A stretch of DNA of 64,000 bases, from the IMG/VR virus record IMGVR_UViG_3300044648_000427, one strand, 5' to 3'. Under the pieces are notes generated by a model that made no database searches, was not told the origin of the DNA, and saw only the letters and a program-made list of their open reading frames with translations. Shown here in pieces: positions 48,575-60,350 of the stretch (position 1 is its first letter; every line of letters begins with the position of its first letter). A program made the translations under genes and the position numbers. The stretch is from a virus.

Positions 48575-49041
48575 AGTAATTGCCTCACCATCCTTTTACA
48601 TTGTAGTCTTACAAACGTTATATCTCTATAAGTTTCATACTTCATTAACTCTTTACCCAAATCACGTTGTTTGTATTCATGTTCTACACCATCAATCCAA
48701 TATTTACTAGGAGGTTGACTATTATATATTTCCCGATTTCGCTTTTGCATAAACGGTTCTAAATCCCATGCATGAGCACAATCAAACCCCACATACCATA
48801 AATTGTCATTTTCCTCTTCCCAAAAATCACTGAATGTTAATCCACCATGAACATCCAACCATATATCATCATAATGCTTTTTATAATATTTATGCCCTTC
48901 AGGTAGTCCTACATAACCACAAAGATGACCAAAATCAGGGTGACGAACAATAAGACATTTATAACCCTTGTAAGTAAAGGTTTCTCTGTTAGGTTCAGAT
49001 TTTATCTTCTCCAGAACACGATCTAGTTTATCCACAAACAA
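48571..49041 (-). CDS. Conserved phage hypothetical protein (HGGLT/GFDCAH family)
   Basis: GHLCGYVG.P..H, DVHGGLTF, WYVGFDCAH. Confidence 0.75.
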   Translation of the reverse strand: MFVDKLDRVLEKIKSEPNRETFTYKGYKCLIVRHPDFGHLCGYVGLPEGHKYYKKHYDDIWLDVHGGLTFSDFWEEENDNLWYVGFDCAHAWDLEPFMQKRNREIYNSQPPSKYWIDGVEHEYKQRDLGKELMKYETYRDITFVRLQCKRMVRQLL

Positions 49042-49077
49042 ACATATTAACTAACCTACCTATAAGTCTTTCCAATA

Positions 49078-49091
49078 ATTCCACGTGGAAT
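49078..49091. promoter_or_regulatory. Perfect 14-bp palindrome ATTCCACGTGGAAT between divergent promoters
   Basis: Seen directly; the operator role is inference. Confidence 0.45.
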
Positions 49092-49172
49092 AGGATTTTT
49101 ATATAATTTTTTCCCCCATTTAGGAAGCCTTTTCCACAAAACTTAAATAGTTCAAAATATCTCTGCTCTTTC

Positions 49173-49796
49173 ATGACCGAAGAAACCGTTCAAGCGGAAG
49201 AAATGATTAACACGCCTGAGGCTAAGCAAGATGCATTATTTACTGATCCTTCCAAAGATAATGTAAAAATTACTTCTGGTTCTACACAGCAATCTACCGA
49301 TGTTACCATTGAATCCGAGTTACTTAATAACACATTACGTTTTATGGTACTAAGAGGTAAAGCATGGCCTAATGTCCATCAAGCATACATACATTTAAGC
49401 ATGATTTTCATGAACCCTGCATGGTATGGAGAAAATGATTTAGCTACAAAAGTTAACGACAATTTCAAGAAAGCTCCCTTCACCGCAGATCAAACCAAAC
49501 AGGCGTTGAAGCGATTAGCCGAAATAGGAATTTTGGAAACCAAGCAAGTCAAAGGTAGTCCGAAATACAAAGTATCAAGATTAGGTAGTGCGATTATCTC
49601 ACAGGATAATATTCTGCTCCAATTACTTGGATTTAAACAGCCCGAACAACCACCACAACCACAGCCACAACCTGAAGCATCAGCAACGTTAGAAGCTTCT
49701 ACAGAAGCTGCAATTCCTGAACCAGTATTAAATATAGCAGAAGAACAACAAAAACCCATTGATACTGATTCTGAACAGGATAACACTCCAGCTTAA
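49173..49796 (+). CDS. Winged-helix DNA-binding protein with disordered termini
   Basis: QTKQALKRLAEIGILE.....PKYKVSRLG. Confidence 0.65.
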   Translation: MTEETVQAEEMINTPEAKQDALFTDPSKDNVKITSGSTQQSTDVTIESELLNNTLRFMVLRGKAWPNVHQAYIHLSMIFMNPAWYGENDLATKVNDNFKKAPFTADQTKQALKRLAEIGILETKQVKGSPKYKVSRLGSAIISQDNILLQLLGFKQPEQPPQPQPQPEASATLEASTEAAIPEPVLNIAEEQQKPIDTDSEQDNTPA

Positions 49797-50086
49797 ATTT
49801 TTTCCTTACAGCGTTTAACGGCAAAAACGTGCTGCGGCCATTGTGGATATTGGTATAGTGAAATAACAGAGCCGCATCTTTTACAAACCCCTTCTACTTC
49901 TTTAAATTTAAAACCATCAAGTAAACTTTTCCATTCTGAACTTTCCATATTATCTTTAACTGCTTTGGTAGATTCATGACCGAGTAATCTGCACTTGAAA
50001 TTATGGGGTTTAGTGCATCCTTCCTCAAGCTCCAAAGAGTACAAGAAAAATTTTAAATCAATAAAAGACTTTAACATATGATTCAT
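49793..50086 (-). CDS. Hypothetical Zn-binding protein
   Basis: CRLLGH...CKRCG. Confidence 0.5.
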   Translation of the reverse strand: MNHMLKSFIDLKFFLYSLELEEGCTKPHNFKCRLLGHESTKAVKDNMESSEWKSLLDGFKFKEVEGVCKRCGSVISLYQYPQWPQHVFAVKRCKEKI

Positions 50087-50424
50087 AATGATAACATGTA
50101 TGTGATGTGAATTGAAGGTTATGAGAATTAGAATTTTCTTTTTTCGTGGGAATTTTTTTTATTTTATTGGCACATAAGCAAGGATTTTATTTTTTATTTT
50201 TGAACCTTCAAGCCTTTTTTATTTCACAATATTTTAATTTTTTAATTCAGGCACTCAAGCCGGGAATTTTTTTTGCCAAAAAAAAAACTTTTAAGGGCGA
50301 AACGTTTATATATGGGAAGTTTAATCGAAACATTTATATTACACTAAGAAAATTTAAACAAATTAAAATAATTCTAGTTTAAAAATTGGTTATATTAAAA
50401 AGGAAAATAGTGGGTTATGATGAA

Positions 50425-51198
50425 TTATAACTCACACATTTTACATGTATCAGCATTTCCGATTTTAAGATAGACAAAATTTTCACTAACACCTAAGCAA
50501 AAGTCTTTATATTGATTTTCATCCTCATTATAATTCAACCAAGCAGATCTCGCATCAAAAAATGTAACTTTTTTGAGGTATTTGCCATTTTCATCACCAA
50601 CAATGAAAAAGTCATTACAGCTATTGCACTCATACATACCTACTTTTTGTTTACCTTCAATAAATCTTTCAAATTCTAATCGCTTTTCTTCCTGTTTCTT
50701 TCTAATTCTATCATATTTACGTAATTTTGTTATATATTCCTTATATTCAGGTAACTTTGTTAAATCTTTAGTTTGAATAAGTCCATCGGTGTCCATTAAA
50801 TCGGCAACAATTTTTTCAATCAATTTAGAATCACCTTCAACTAATAGATTAAGTTTTTCTATCGTTTCACTTGTAGCCACATTAAATTGAAAAGGCGAAT
50901 CATAAACAAATTTTTCACCTACAAGCTTAACAACTGGAGGAATATAAGCCCTTTGTTCTGTCATAAACGATTCATAATTTTTCTTAAATCCTTCATGAAG
51001 TTTATTAATTTTTTTCACAGTTTGTGGATCTAATCGCAATCCATTAACAAAACTTTCTTCGATTAAATAACCATCATCCAATATAACAGCGTTATATAGA
51101 GGATCAAATTTTGCTGGTTTTCCATCAATTGTAGCAGAAAAATCTTCGTTAACTCTTACCGAGTATTCTTGACCATTTTTATTTAATGTAAAATTCAT
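50425..51198 (-). CDS. Hypothetical protein with C-terminal Zn ribbon
   Basis: CNSC...CKMC. Confidence 0.6.
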   Translation of the reverse strand: MNFTLNKNGQEYSVRVNEDFSATIDGKPAKFDPLYNAVILDDGYLIEESFVNGLRLDPQTVKKINKLHEGFKKNYESFMTEQRAYIPPVVKLVGEKFVYDSPFQFNVATSETIEKLNLLVEGDSKLIEKIVADLMDTDGLIQTKDLTKLPEYKEYITKLRKYDRIRKKQEEKRLEFERFIEGKQKVGMYECNSCNDFFIVGDENGKYLKKVTFFDARSAWLNYNEDENQYKDFCLGVSENFVYLKIGNADTCKMCEL

Positions 51199-51739
51199 TT
51201 ACTATAGGAGTTTTCATTTTGCCATTTAAAAACCTTTCTACAAAATCACCGATTGATTCAATATCATAAGTATGATTATATGGTCTACGGATTAAATACC
51301 CTTTATTTCCGAACAAATCAATAACGTCTCTAGAATCATCAATCATTATGTCAACATTAGCTAAAGTTTTATCTAAACTATTATTCACTACAACAAATCC
51401 ATCTACTTTCATACTCCATTTTTTCAAAACATTTATAACGTTGGGAATTGTCTTTACGTTTCTTCTAGTCACTATTATAATTTGATGATTTTTTCCATGA
51501 AGTTTTTTGAAGTGCAAATTTATGTCTGATTCATATGGTCTAATAGAATTAAAATCATTAATCCAAATAAAGTCTAAAAGACTTATAAAATTATTCACAG
51601 AAGTTCCTAAAATCTTATGTGCGTGATAATCGATTATATCGGAAGATTTAAAATTAGTTCCATAACGGAGATTAAATTCATTTAGTGTAGGTGTGAGGAC
51701 ATCTAACAATGTGCCGTCAACATCTATTCCCAGCTTCAA
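51179..51739 (-). CDS. 5'(3')-deoxyribonucleotidase (NT5C, HAD superfamily)
   Basis: IDVDGTL, VT.R, K, IDD, PYN. Confidence 0.85.
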   Translation of the reverse strand: MKLGIDVDGTLLDVLTPTLNEFNLRYGTNFKSSDIIDYHAHKILGTSVNNFISLLDFIWINDFNSIRPYESDINLHFKKLHGKNHQIIIVTRRNVKTIPNVINVLKKWSMKVDGFVVVNNSLDKTLANVDIMIDDSRDVIDLFGNKGYLIRRPYNHTYDIESIGDFVERFLNGKMKTPIVNEFYIK

Positions 51740-51804
51740 TTTTGACTTCGCTTCTTCCTATAATAAAAAATGAGTTACTTATATATAAATGTTAGGAAAT
51801 TTTT

Positions 51805-53560
51805 TTATCCATATAATATAATCTTACAAAAATCATATCCTCTATTAGTAAGTTTATATTCATTGCTACCTTCAACTTTTTCTACAAATCCAATGTTTGA
51901 TAATCCCTTGATAGCATTACTGGCATCGGGATTAAGAGCATTATACGCAAATTGCTTTTTTGGATATAAAAGATGAAGCATAGTTTTTTCATATTCGGTT
52001 AAAAATAATAAAATATGATGTGTGTTCATTACGTTATTTCCTTACTTTCTACTTTCTGTTTAAATTCTTCTGAGGCTTCTCCTGCCATCCATTTCATTAC
52101 TTCTTGTAATACTATCCATACATGATGTGTTTCTTCCTTTTGACCATCCAAAAGTTTTGTAAGTTTATCTGCTACTTCTTGTGCGATTTTTGGATTATCC
52201 TTTCTTGCTTCATATAGATAAAGTCCGAATCCAGAAAATCCATCATAGATGTTGTATTGAGATATTAGTTTACACATCTCTATTGCTTTTTCTTTTGTTC
52301 CGCCAAAAATATATTCTCTTACAAGTTCTTTGTCATCGGTAATAAATATGTCTTTATCTTTCATGATTATTCCTCATCCTCCGAATCACCAGCTATACGT
52401 CTACATTCTTTACAATCAGCTTCGGTATCAAATTCTTCTTTAAATCCCTCATTACCACATTCAGCACAAGTAAAAAATTCTTCTAATTTACCGTCATTTT
52501 CCATATAAACGTGACCATCTTCCTCATCATATAGAAATACATATCCACTATTAGCATTAAACGCTAATTTAAATCCACCTAGACTTAAATCTGAATCTAA
52601 ATAAAGTTCTAGTAGATCTTTTGCATCCGATAACTCTCTATATCCCCAATTGGTAAAATCAGCTTCATATACATTCATTTAGTTTTCCCTCTCTTCTCTT
52701 GCTTTAGATACCCTTTTAGTTATAGGTTTATCTTTTGATTCACTTTCATATTCTTCTATAAGACTTAATATAGTTTCTGTAGCACTTTCAGAATTTACAC
52801 TAAAACTCTCATATTCATCATATACAACAGAATCTCCTATTACATAAGCTATATTCCTTTTAAATTCTTGGAATTTTTTTATTTCTTCTGTAATTACCAT
52901 ACTAAAGCTCAAACTCCCTATGCACATAAATTTGTGATGGATTAATCAATAATCCTTTGTCTTGTGCATCTAACAAAACTTCCCAAATTTCATCAATTTG
53001 AGCTTCTTCCGCATCTTCGTAAATCCAATTTCCGCCACTCAATAAAACTACAACCTGTCCTTCGCCTATTAAATGTTCAAGATGTGCGACTATGCCGCCA
53101 TCCTTTGTATATTTCACAGTGATTTCTGTTCTCATAAAGTTCTATTGATCAGTTGGTAATATAAAGGTTGTGATTATTTCATCAAAACATTTGTTGTGAA
53201 ATGAATAAGGAATAGCAGCATCATCAATACGTAAATCTTCGACTTTTTCCTTTAGAACTTTTCTAGAATAAAATTGGTTTGGAACATATTGTTGAGAAAG
53301 AATTAAGATTATCCAATCCCCTTTTTTGTAACCCTTTTTGCACTTGAGGCATCTCACTTTAACTTACCTCTAAGCTCAGTAATAAATTTAATTACTGCAT
53401 TGTAACAACTTGTATCAATCTTATTTTGTTCTTTCATCATCATAATATAATAGAGCATATCATTAATTTGATCTTCTATTTGTTTTATAATCTCTTCCGC
53501 ACAACAATTAACGTTATCACTTTCTAGGATTACTTCGGTAACAATATCTTTAAATGTCAA
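51805..53560 (-). other. Cluster of seven small leftward genes (incl. wHTH-like 51805-52029, Zn-finger 52367-52678, family-A paralogs 52679-52927 and 53354-53560)
   Basis: Tightly packed ORFs with SD motifs and overlaps. Confidence 0.55.
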
Positions 53561-53607
53561 ATTCCTTGCACTCCATAAAAATAATTGGTTAGATAGGTAT
53601 AAATATC

Positions 53608-54291
53608 TTACTTTTTATGTCTCTCTTTATATCTTTTATTTTTATATTTATTCTTACATATAAAACTACAATGTTTTTTAGTAGGAGATATTTTTATATT
53701 TATAATAAATTTTTTCGAACAATTTAAACAAATCTTACTTATATTAACAATAGTTTCTTTTCGTTTTTTCCAAGTTAATTTGGAATGACATGAACTACAT
53801 ATAGTGATAGTATCTTTTAATGGATTATTTTTATGATATTTATAATGATGTATGCTAAGAAGTTTTATTGGAGTAATTTCTCCTTTATAATTTATGTAAT
53901 TATCTCCTATTCCTTTATTACATATTTTACATTTATCCTCACGCACTTTCTCTCTATCCTTTATACGTAACCTTTTATCTATAAATAAAAATTCTTGATA
54001 TGTATATTTCTTTCTGCGATTACTTATTTTTTCCTTATTGTTAGCAACATAATTTTTATTTTTAATTCTGATTTTTTCTTTATGAATTTTACGATAAATA
54101 GCATTAGATATATTTTTCCTTAGTCTATATTCAGGATCATTTTTCTTTCGTTGAATATATTCTCTATTTTGTTGTCTCTTTCTCTCTAGCAAAATTGGAT
54201 CATTATTGATTTTTATTCTTTGTTCTTTAGCATATTGTAAATAATATTCTTTATTCTTAGCATATTCTTTTTTAGTAGGCAAAATATACAA
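53608..54291 (-). CDS. HNH-type (His-Me finger) homing endonuclease-like protein
   Basis: Lys/Arg-rich repeats, CKIC..LSIHH....TICSSCH, C-terminal Zn finger; very AT-rich. Confidence 0.6.
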   Translation of the reverse strand: MYILPTKKEYAKNKEYYLQYAKEQRIKINNDPILLERKRQQNREYIQRKKNDPEYRLRKNISNAIYRKIHKEKIRIKNKNYVANNKEKISNRRKKYTYQEFLFIDKRLRIKDREKVREDKCKICNKGIGDNYINYKGEITPIKLLSIHHYKYHKNNPLKDTITICSSCHSKLTWKKRKETIVNISKICLNCSKKFIINIKISPTKKHCSFICKNKYKNKRYKERHKK

Positions 54292-54321
54292 CTAATATAA
54301 AAAAAATCATATTAATAAACT

Positions 54322-55347
54322 TTATGTTTGAACATCTAACCCCCTATTAATATCGTCAGGTATTTTATATTTTTCCATTGTATTGATTATTTCATCTATA
54401 TATTGAAACGATGGCCTGTTTTTACACAATATAGCGACCCTATCAGCATTTCTAATATATCTAGGATCTAAGTCTGCTGTTTGTTCGGCAACATATTTAG
54501 CTAATTCTTCATTGATATAATTATATTTCTTTTGCAACATTTTTATACATACTTCGATATATTCATCTCGTGTATATGCTTTCATATATACTATCATAAA
54601 TCTAGATCGTAATGCTTCAATTAACCTATCAGCTCTATTACAAGTAGCAATTATCTTCATTTGTTTAACATCTATTTTAACACGTTTTTTAGAATTAGTT
54701 GTTTGCCATATTCCCCTAGAAAGTAAATTTAATAATGCTTTTTGTTCATTTTTATCAATCGATTCTAATTCATCTGTCATTAAAAGCCCACTCTTAAGCT
54801 CGTTTTGATGTTCTTCTAAATATTCCCCAAGTCCAGCTTTTGTTAGTGTGCTACAATCAAGATAATGACAATTCATACCTTGAGGACGTAATTCGGCTTC
54901 CATTGATTCTAAAAAGACGGTTTTGGCAACAGAAGGTGATCCGATCATTAAAAAATGTACTGGTTTTGACGAATTTACTATATCCCTTAATCTATCTTTA
55001 ATGTCAGGATACCCTATTATGTTATTAAGTTCAAGTTTATAGAACTTTGGCTTTTGAATTTCTTCAATTTTGGAATTAGGTTTAACCTCTAATTTTGTTA
55101 TTTGATTTATTTCAATATTACTCTTTTCATACAATACCTTACCTTCAAAGAAAAATCCCCATTGGTTAGCATCGTATCTATCATCATATCTATAACGTTT
55201 TATAGCTTGTAAGAATCGCCAGTCGTATACAGTAGCATACTCACAATCTATGTTAGGGCAATACCCTTCAACGCAATCATCCTCATACCCATCGGGTATA
55301 AAAGGTTGTAAGTATTTACTACAATTAGGACATATATCGTCATTCAT
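54322..55347 (-). CDS. AAA+ ATPase with N-terminal Zn ribbon
   Basis: GSPSVAKT, LMTDE, ATCN, ALRSRF. Confidence 0.8.
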   Translation of the reverse strand: MNDDICPNCSKYLQPFIPDGYEDDCVEGYCPNIDCEYATVYDWRFLQAIKRYRYDDRYDANQWGFFFEGKVLYEKSNIEINQITKLEVKPNSKIEEIQKPKFYKLELNNIIGYPDIKDRLRDIVNSSKPVHFLMIGSPSVAKTVFLESMEAELRPQGMNCHYLDCSTLTKAGLGEYLEEHQNELKSGLLMTDELESIDKNEQKALLNLLSRGIWQTTNSKKRVKIDVKQMKIIATCNRADRLIEALRSRFMIVYMKAYTRDEYIEVCIKMLQKKYNYINEELAKYVAEQTADLDPRYIRNADRVAILCKNRPSFQYIDEIINTMEKYKIPDDINRGLDVQT

Positions 55348-55721
55348 AAGCCTAGAAAATTTTTCACCTCATTTACATGATGGCATAATTTGCCATTGTT
55401 TAACCCTGTTTTCACGTACATCGTAGCCCATTGGCAATTACAGTCTATTTCGTGATCGCTAACCGTCACAGTATATATTTTGCCTTCATTGCAACTCCTA
55501 TATATAAATACATTATCGCTAAGTTGTAGTGCTAATTGAATCTTTTCTTTTTCAAATAATTCGTTCCTAATCATATCGTATATATATTCCGTTTCCCAAA
55601 GTTCATAAGGAAATGTAGCAAGACGTTGAAAGCTATCGTTTATCATTTTGTATATTGTAAACCTATCATTTTTTTCAGGTGTAGCAAATAATACAAATTT
55701 ATCTATTTTTTTTCTTCCCAA
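55344..55721 (-). CDS. SWIM Zn-finger protein
   Basis: Y.V......CNC............CHH. Confidence 0.7.
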   Translation of the reverse strand: MGRKKIDKFVLFATPEKNDRFTIYKMINDSFQRLATFPYELWETEYIYDMIRNELFEKEKIQLALQLSDNVFIYRSCNEGKIYTVTVSDHEIDCNCQWATMYVKTGLNNGKLCHHVNEVKNFLGL

Positions 55722-55728
55722 TTTTCTT

Positions 55729-55944
55729 TCACCTTGTAAACATATGTGCGTTTCTCGCTAATTTATACCATATCGTAGCTATTGTTGCAAGAACAATCAA
55801 GAAAATAAAAAATCCATGCCCATTCATATCAAAAATTCCATCCGAAGTAAAGTCTACAATTACATATCCTACATAACAAATAACATACATAAATAACAAA
55901 ATCGTCCATTGCATTGATGTAAATTTATTTTTTACTTGGTTCAT
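55729..55944 (-). CDS. Small two-TM membrane protein
   Basis: Two hydrophobic helices. Confidence 0.55.
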   Translation of the reverse strand: MNQVKNKFTSMQWTILLFMYVICYVGYVIVDFTSDGIFDMNGHGFFIFLIVLATIATIWYKLARNAHMFTR

Positions 55945-56265
55945 TTTCCATCACTCAAAGAGCTAATTTTATCATCTAATGTTTCAATCAATTCATTATT
56001 GATTATAGTTTTAATTAATTTCAAATACTCTATTTGTTTGTCTTTTACTGCTAAAAGTATCAATATCATTGTATGTAATTGATTTCCAATAGTTTGAAGA
56101 TCTGTCTTATACTCCGTTCCTTGACCCAAGAAAAGCGTTTTACTATCCATATTTACGGACATGCCAAAAGTCATTCTCAAATCTAGTGAGTTTAGCAATT
56201 CATTAACGGCACTTACCATAGAATGAATGTTGTGTTCCTTCCATTCAAAATTTTGTGTTCCCATG
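55941..56265 (-). CDS. Hypothetical protein
   Basis: Second ATG (MGTQNF, approximately 56264) lies about 31 nt from the TTTATAT box. Confidence 0.5.
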
Positions 56266-56337
56266 TTAATATCTATCATCAGTAGGGAATATAAACCTTT
56301 TCAAAATCTATATATAGCCGACTAACCAATAACTATT

Positions 56338-56526
56338 ATGATGAGTTATATATTTGATAATGATGGAAAATACATGATAATTAAAGGGAGGTCTAAAGAC
56401 ATATTTAAGGTGTATTATGAAAAAAATAAGTTTTATTTTGTAAAAAAAGGAATATTCTGTATGTGTAAACAATGGGAAGAAACTCAAAAATGTGAACATT
56501 TTGATATTGTAAATAATATATATTAA
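56338..56526 (+). CDS. SWIM Zn-finger microprotein
   Basis: F.V...CMC.......CEH. Confidence 0.6.
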   Translation: MMSYIFDNDGKYMIIKGRSKDIFKVYYEKNKFYFVKKGIFCMCKQWEETQKCEHFDIVNNIY

Positions 56527-58780
56527 TCAATCCTTAATATATTAGTTACAAGTAAAAATTTCCTTTTATACCTTTTAACATCAAATATTACGAATGAATC
56601 ATGTTTTTTACAAAACCAATATCCTTTTAAATCTCTACGCATAATTCTATGTGATAAATTTATTAATGAATGAGTTTGATTAAGCATTAAAGCTACTACA
56701 TGACTACTTGCACCTAAATTCCACGATAAACTAATTGGATCAGGATCAGAATAATAAAAAAGTTTTTTCCCACATTCTATACAATGTGGCTTATTCTCGA
56801 TTTTCTTCATAAAAGCACATATTACACTTCCTTGTATTATATAAAGTTATAATTCTAAATGTTGTAGGAGAATAACATTTAGGACATTGGTTTTTATTTG
56901 TTAGTTTCAACTTTTTTCCAGCCCTTATAATCAGAAACAATTTCCCACAAATATTTTTCTAATTGTTGTAAATCTATATAATTATCCCAATGTATAGAAT
57001 TATCAGATTCATCTTGATGATAAAAACTTGCTTGGTCACTTGCATAATTATGAATAGCAGTAATAGCAAGTTCTAATTGCCTTTTTGTTATTTTCCCAAT
57101 ATCTACAAAGGTTTTTCTGTCTTGCTCAATCTTTTTAAGCATTTCTTCGTAAGTCAAAAACAGTCCACTCCTAAATAAGATATTCCTGTCTTAATTCATC
57201 CTCACTAAACAGCTCGTAAAAATAAAACTCTCTAAAATCATCACCAATATGCCCATAAGAAAGAAAGTCACCTTTAATTGAGTTTAAATCCCTTGTCATA
57301 CCATTTGTTTCATTTTCTAAAGCGTATGATTTCATACCCTTTGCAATTTGTTCGTAAATCGCATCATTTGTAAATGTTTCATCATATCCATAATCCTCAA
57401 TCATCCATTCTACACCATTAGCTTCGGCTAAATCCCAAATTAAATCATAATCTATTGATTCAATTAAGCTTTCAACTGTTGGATAAGAATCTATTTCTCG
57501 TTGTAATCGTTCTTCACATTCCTTACAAATTTCGTAAGAATCTATGTCTCCTAAACATTCCCTGCAAATTTCTTTGCTATTTTGAGTTGTGTTCATGCAA
57601 GTAATATAGTTAGTTGGTTATATATACTTTACTCGTTTAAAACTTTCTTGATATTTTGAAGAGTTTGTAAATGTTCTTCTAGTGTAGGTAGAAAGCTCAA
57701 GTATTGACCAAATTCCTTATCAAAGATCATTAAATTTTGTAATTGTATTATTTTCTCATTTACAAGTTCAAGAAGAATGAATTTCTCTCTATTCCCCAAC
57801 TTCATATATATACCCCGTGCTAACATTTATAACCATTTTACAGTAATCAATTCCATATTTATGTGCTAATTCTTTTTCCAATTCTATTAAATCTTCTCGC
57901 TTTTCCTTTACCCTTTGCCAGTCCTCATCGGACAGTTTCTTCATAATTTCTCAACTGATCAAGGTCAATCGAAAAAAAGTGTCTCCCATTTCTGCATCTA
58001 AATATCTGTATATCATTTCCTACATTATACCTTTTCCCACTTTTCGTAATATTTGAAGTTGAACTGCATTTCGGACACTTGTTACTTTTCACAAAATCTC
58101 TTATCTGTTTAGTTGTTATTTTAAACTTTTCCATCAAAATCTATTCACAATAATATTGTAGGTAAGTTAGTAATTTAAACGTTTACCTTGAGAATTAAAG
58201 CTCTAGTAATCATGTAATACATTAACTCAATTAATTGATTTTCTTCATCATCAGTTAAGTCGAAATTCGGATTATCCTTTTTATAATTCCATTTAGCAGA
58301 TACTATAATATTTAGAAGTAGTGCCTTTATATCATATTCAAGGTTTGTTTCTACAACGATTTTTCCTCTCTTTATTCTTATTCCTTCATATCGCACAAGC
58401 TTAAAAAATACTTGCTCTGACAATGAAAGAAATTCTCTTGTTAATTCAGGATGATTATTTATATATCCTGCAAGTGTGTTAATGTTACTCATAAATAGAA
58501 TTAGATTAGTTGGTTATATAAATGTATATGTTAAAAAAAATTAATTGTTTAGCTATATTTCAGTCAATACTGTATCAATTACCATTAAAATCGGTAAAAG
58601 TTCTGACGTTTTTGCACTCTCAATATAGACCTCTGATTCTTGATCAGTATCATACACTTTAATTAGTTGGTTTGACCTGTTTTCTTTCTTGACCTCATAT
58701 TGAAAACCACAATTAAAACGGACTTTTATTACATGGTTAATATGTTCAAGAATTTGTTTTACTTGTTTATCGTTACCCAA
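56523..58780 (-). other. Cluster of small leftward early-type genes (56523-56810, 56894-57157, 57171-57596, 57629-57805, 57789-57944, Zn-ribbon 57925-58137, 58175-58492, 58553-58780)
   Basis: Most have their own TATA box about 30 nt upstream. Confidence 0.55.
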
Positions 58781-58856
58781 TATTACTATAGTTAATCAGT
58801 AGGTAATATAAATGTATAAAAAGAAGGTTTATATTGCACACTAACTGATTACCTTT

Positions 58857-59601
58857 ATGGGTTGGCTAACAAAAGAAGAATTTGATACAACATATAAGGA
58901 AATAAAAAATATAATTAACAATAATAAAATAAGATGTTCTTGTGGTAATACGATTAAACCAGAAAACCTAAGACATAGTTTTGATCAATACGATAACACT
59001 TATTGGATTTACGCAAATTGTCCTAATTGTTCATATGACCTAAATTATCAGAAAATTCTAAGACAAAGGGATGTATGATGTATTTCTTTCTTGAAAAACA
59101 TAAATACATAAGTAATAGTTTTTACCCAACATCTTTTGAGTTTATTCAGGCTAAGAACTTGAATGAAATTAAAAAATTCCTAATTAGCTCGGTAAGAGGT
59201 AAAGCGAAAGAGATAAGACATTATTATGATAATCCTTATCATATATTTGATTTTCTCGACTTGAATGATATTAATTATGTTATTAGGTTTGGAAAAGTAT
59301 CAAAAAAAGAAGTAGATGATACATTAAAAGAATTTGATGATGTAAAGGTAATTACGCTATGAGTGATCATATTTACGTTGTAAGAAATCCAGCAAGATTG
59401 CAAGATAACATATATGCCAAACAAATAATATACAACCAAGAAGTTATGACCAGTATATCAAAAGATGATGTTGAATATCTACATAAAATAGTTCATGAAA
59501 AACTTGATAATGAAGGTGTTTGGAGTGTTCAAGAAGAAAATGCTTGTGATCTTGTTGATTTATTGTATGAATATTTTTTTGAATCAAATAATGAAATATA
59601 A
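58857..59601 (+). other. Three-gene rightward operon (Zn finger 58857-59078, 59075-59362, 59359-59601)
   Basis: AAGGTTTATAT promoter; ATGA coupling. Confidence 0.55.
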
Positions 59602-59604
59602 ATG

Positions 59605-60186
59605 TTATGGGATTTTATATCCAGCATCGAATAATTTTCTAGTTACTAATTCTATTGAATCATCTAATTTCTTTCGTTCTATATTATGTTGACCTAATTT
59701 TTCTAATCCTCCACCTATCGCTTTATAAGCATGAGAAAATACATCTGTTAATGCTTCATGTAATTCTTTATCACATTCTTCCGAATGATTTTTACCTTTA
59801 GTCCAACTACATTTTATACCTTCATGAATTTTATATTCAGGGTTAATAAATAAGTTTTGAACATCTCTTAAATATAATTCTTCATTCTTATGAGTATATA
59901 TAACTTCAATTTGATCCAAGTCAAAATATGGAGTATGATCAGGAAAAGTTATTCCCTCATATTCAGCAAACCATTCATTTTGTGGTTGCCATTTACCAGA
60001 TTTAAACACCTCTACATTGTAAACTGCAATGGCTCGATCAGGGTATAAGTAATCATCTATATTACCACTTATGATTAAACCTTCTTTAAGTATTATTACT
60101 ACTGGCGTATCAAAGTTATCTTCTAAATATTTTCTTTGTTTAGGTATTTTTACAAAATCCTTAGGTATTTGTTTTAATATATTCAT
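59605..60186 (-). CDS. Hypothetical protein with possible Sm/Lsm-like fold
   Basis: PVVIILKEGLIISGNIDDY..AIAVYNVE resembles the Sm1 motif. Confidence 0.4.
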   Translation of the reverse strand: MNILKQIPKDFVKIPKQRKYLEDNFDTPVVIILKEGLIISGNIDDYLYPDRAIAVYNVEVFKSGKWQPQNEWFAEYEGITFPDHTPYFDLDQIEVIYTHKNEELYLRDVQNLFINPEYKIHEGIKCSWTKGKNHSEECDKELHEALTDVFSHAYKAIGGGLEKLGQHNIERKKLDDSIELVTRKLFDAGYKIP

Positions 60187-60350
60187 ATCTTTTAGTTAGT
60201 TTATTGGTAATATAAACCTTTAAAACTCTATCTTTTTCATATTATTCCATCTACAAGTATGACAAGTAAAAGTGCAACATTGATAGTTAATTGGTTCACT
60301 TAGTTCAATTCTATTCTGTCTATTGCAATATGTGCATCTTGGATTATATT

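Noticed and set aside
50146-50382. 78-aa Phe-rich ORF
   Set aside because: A product of homopolymer T/A tracts; likely non-coding.
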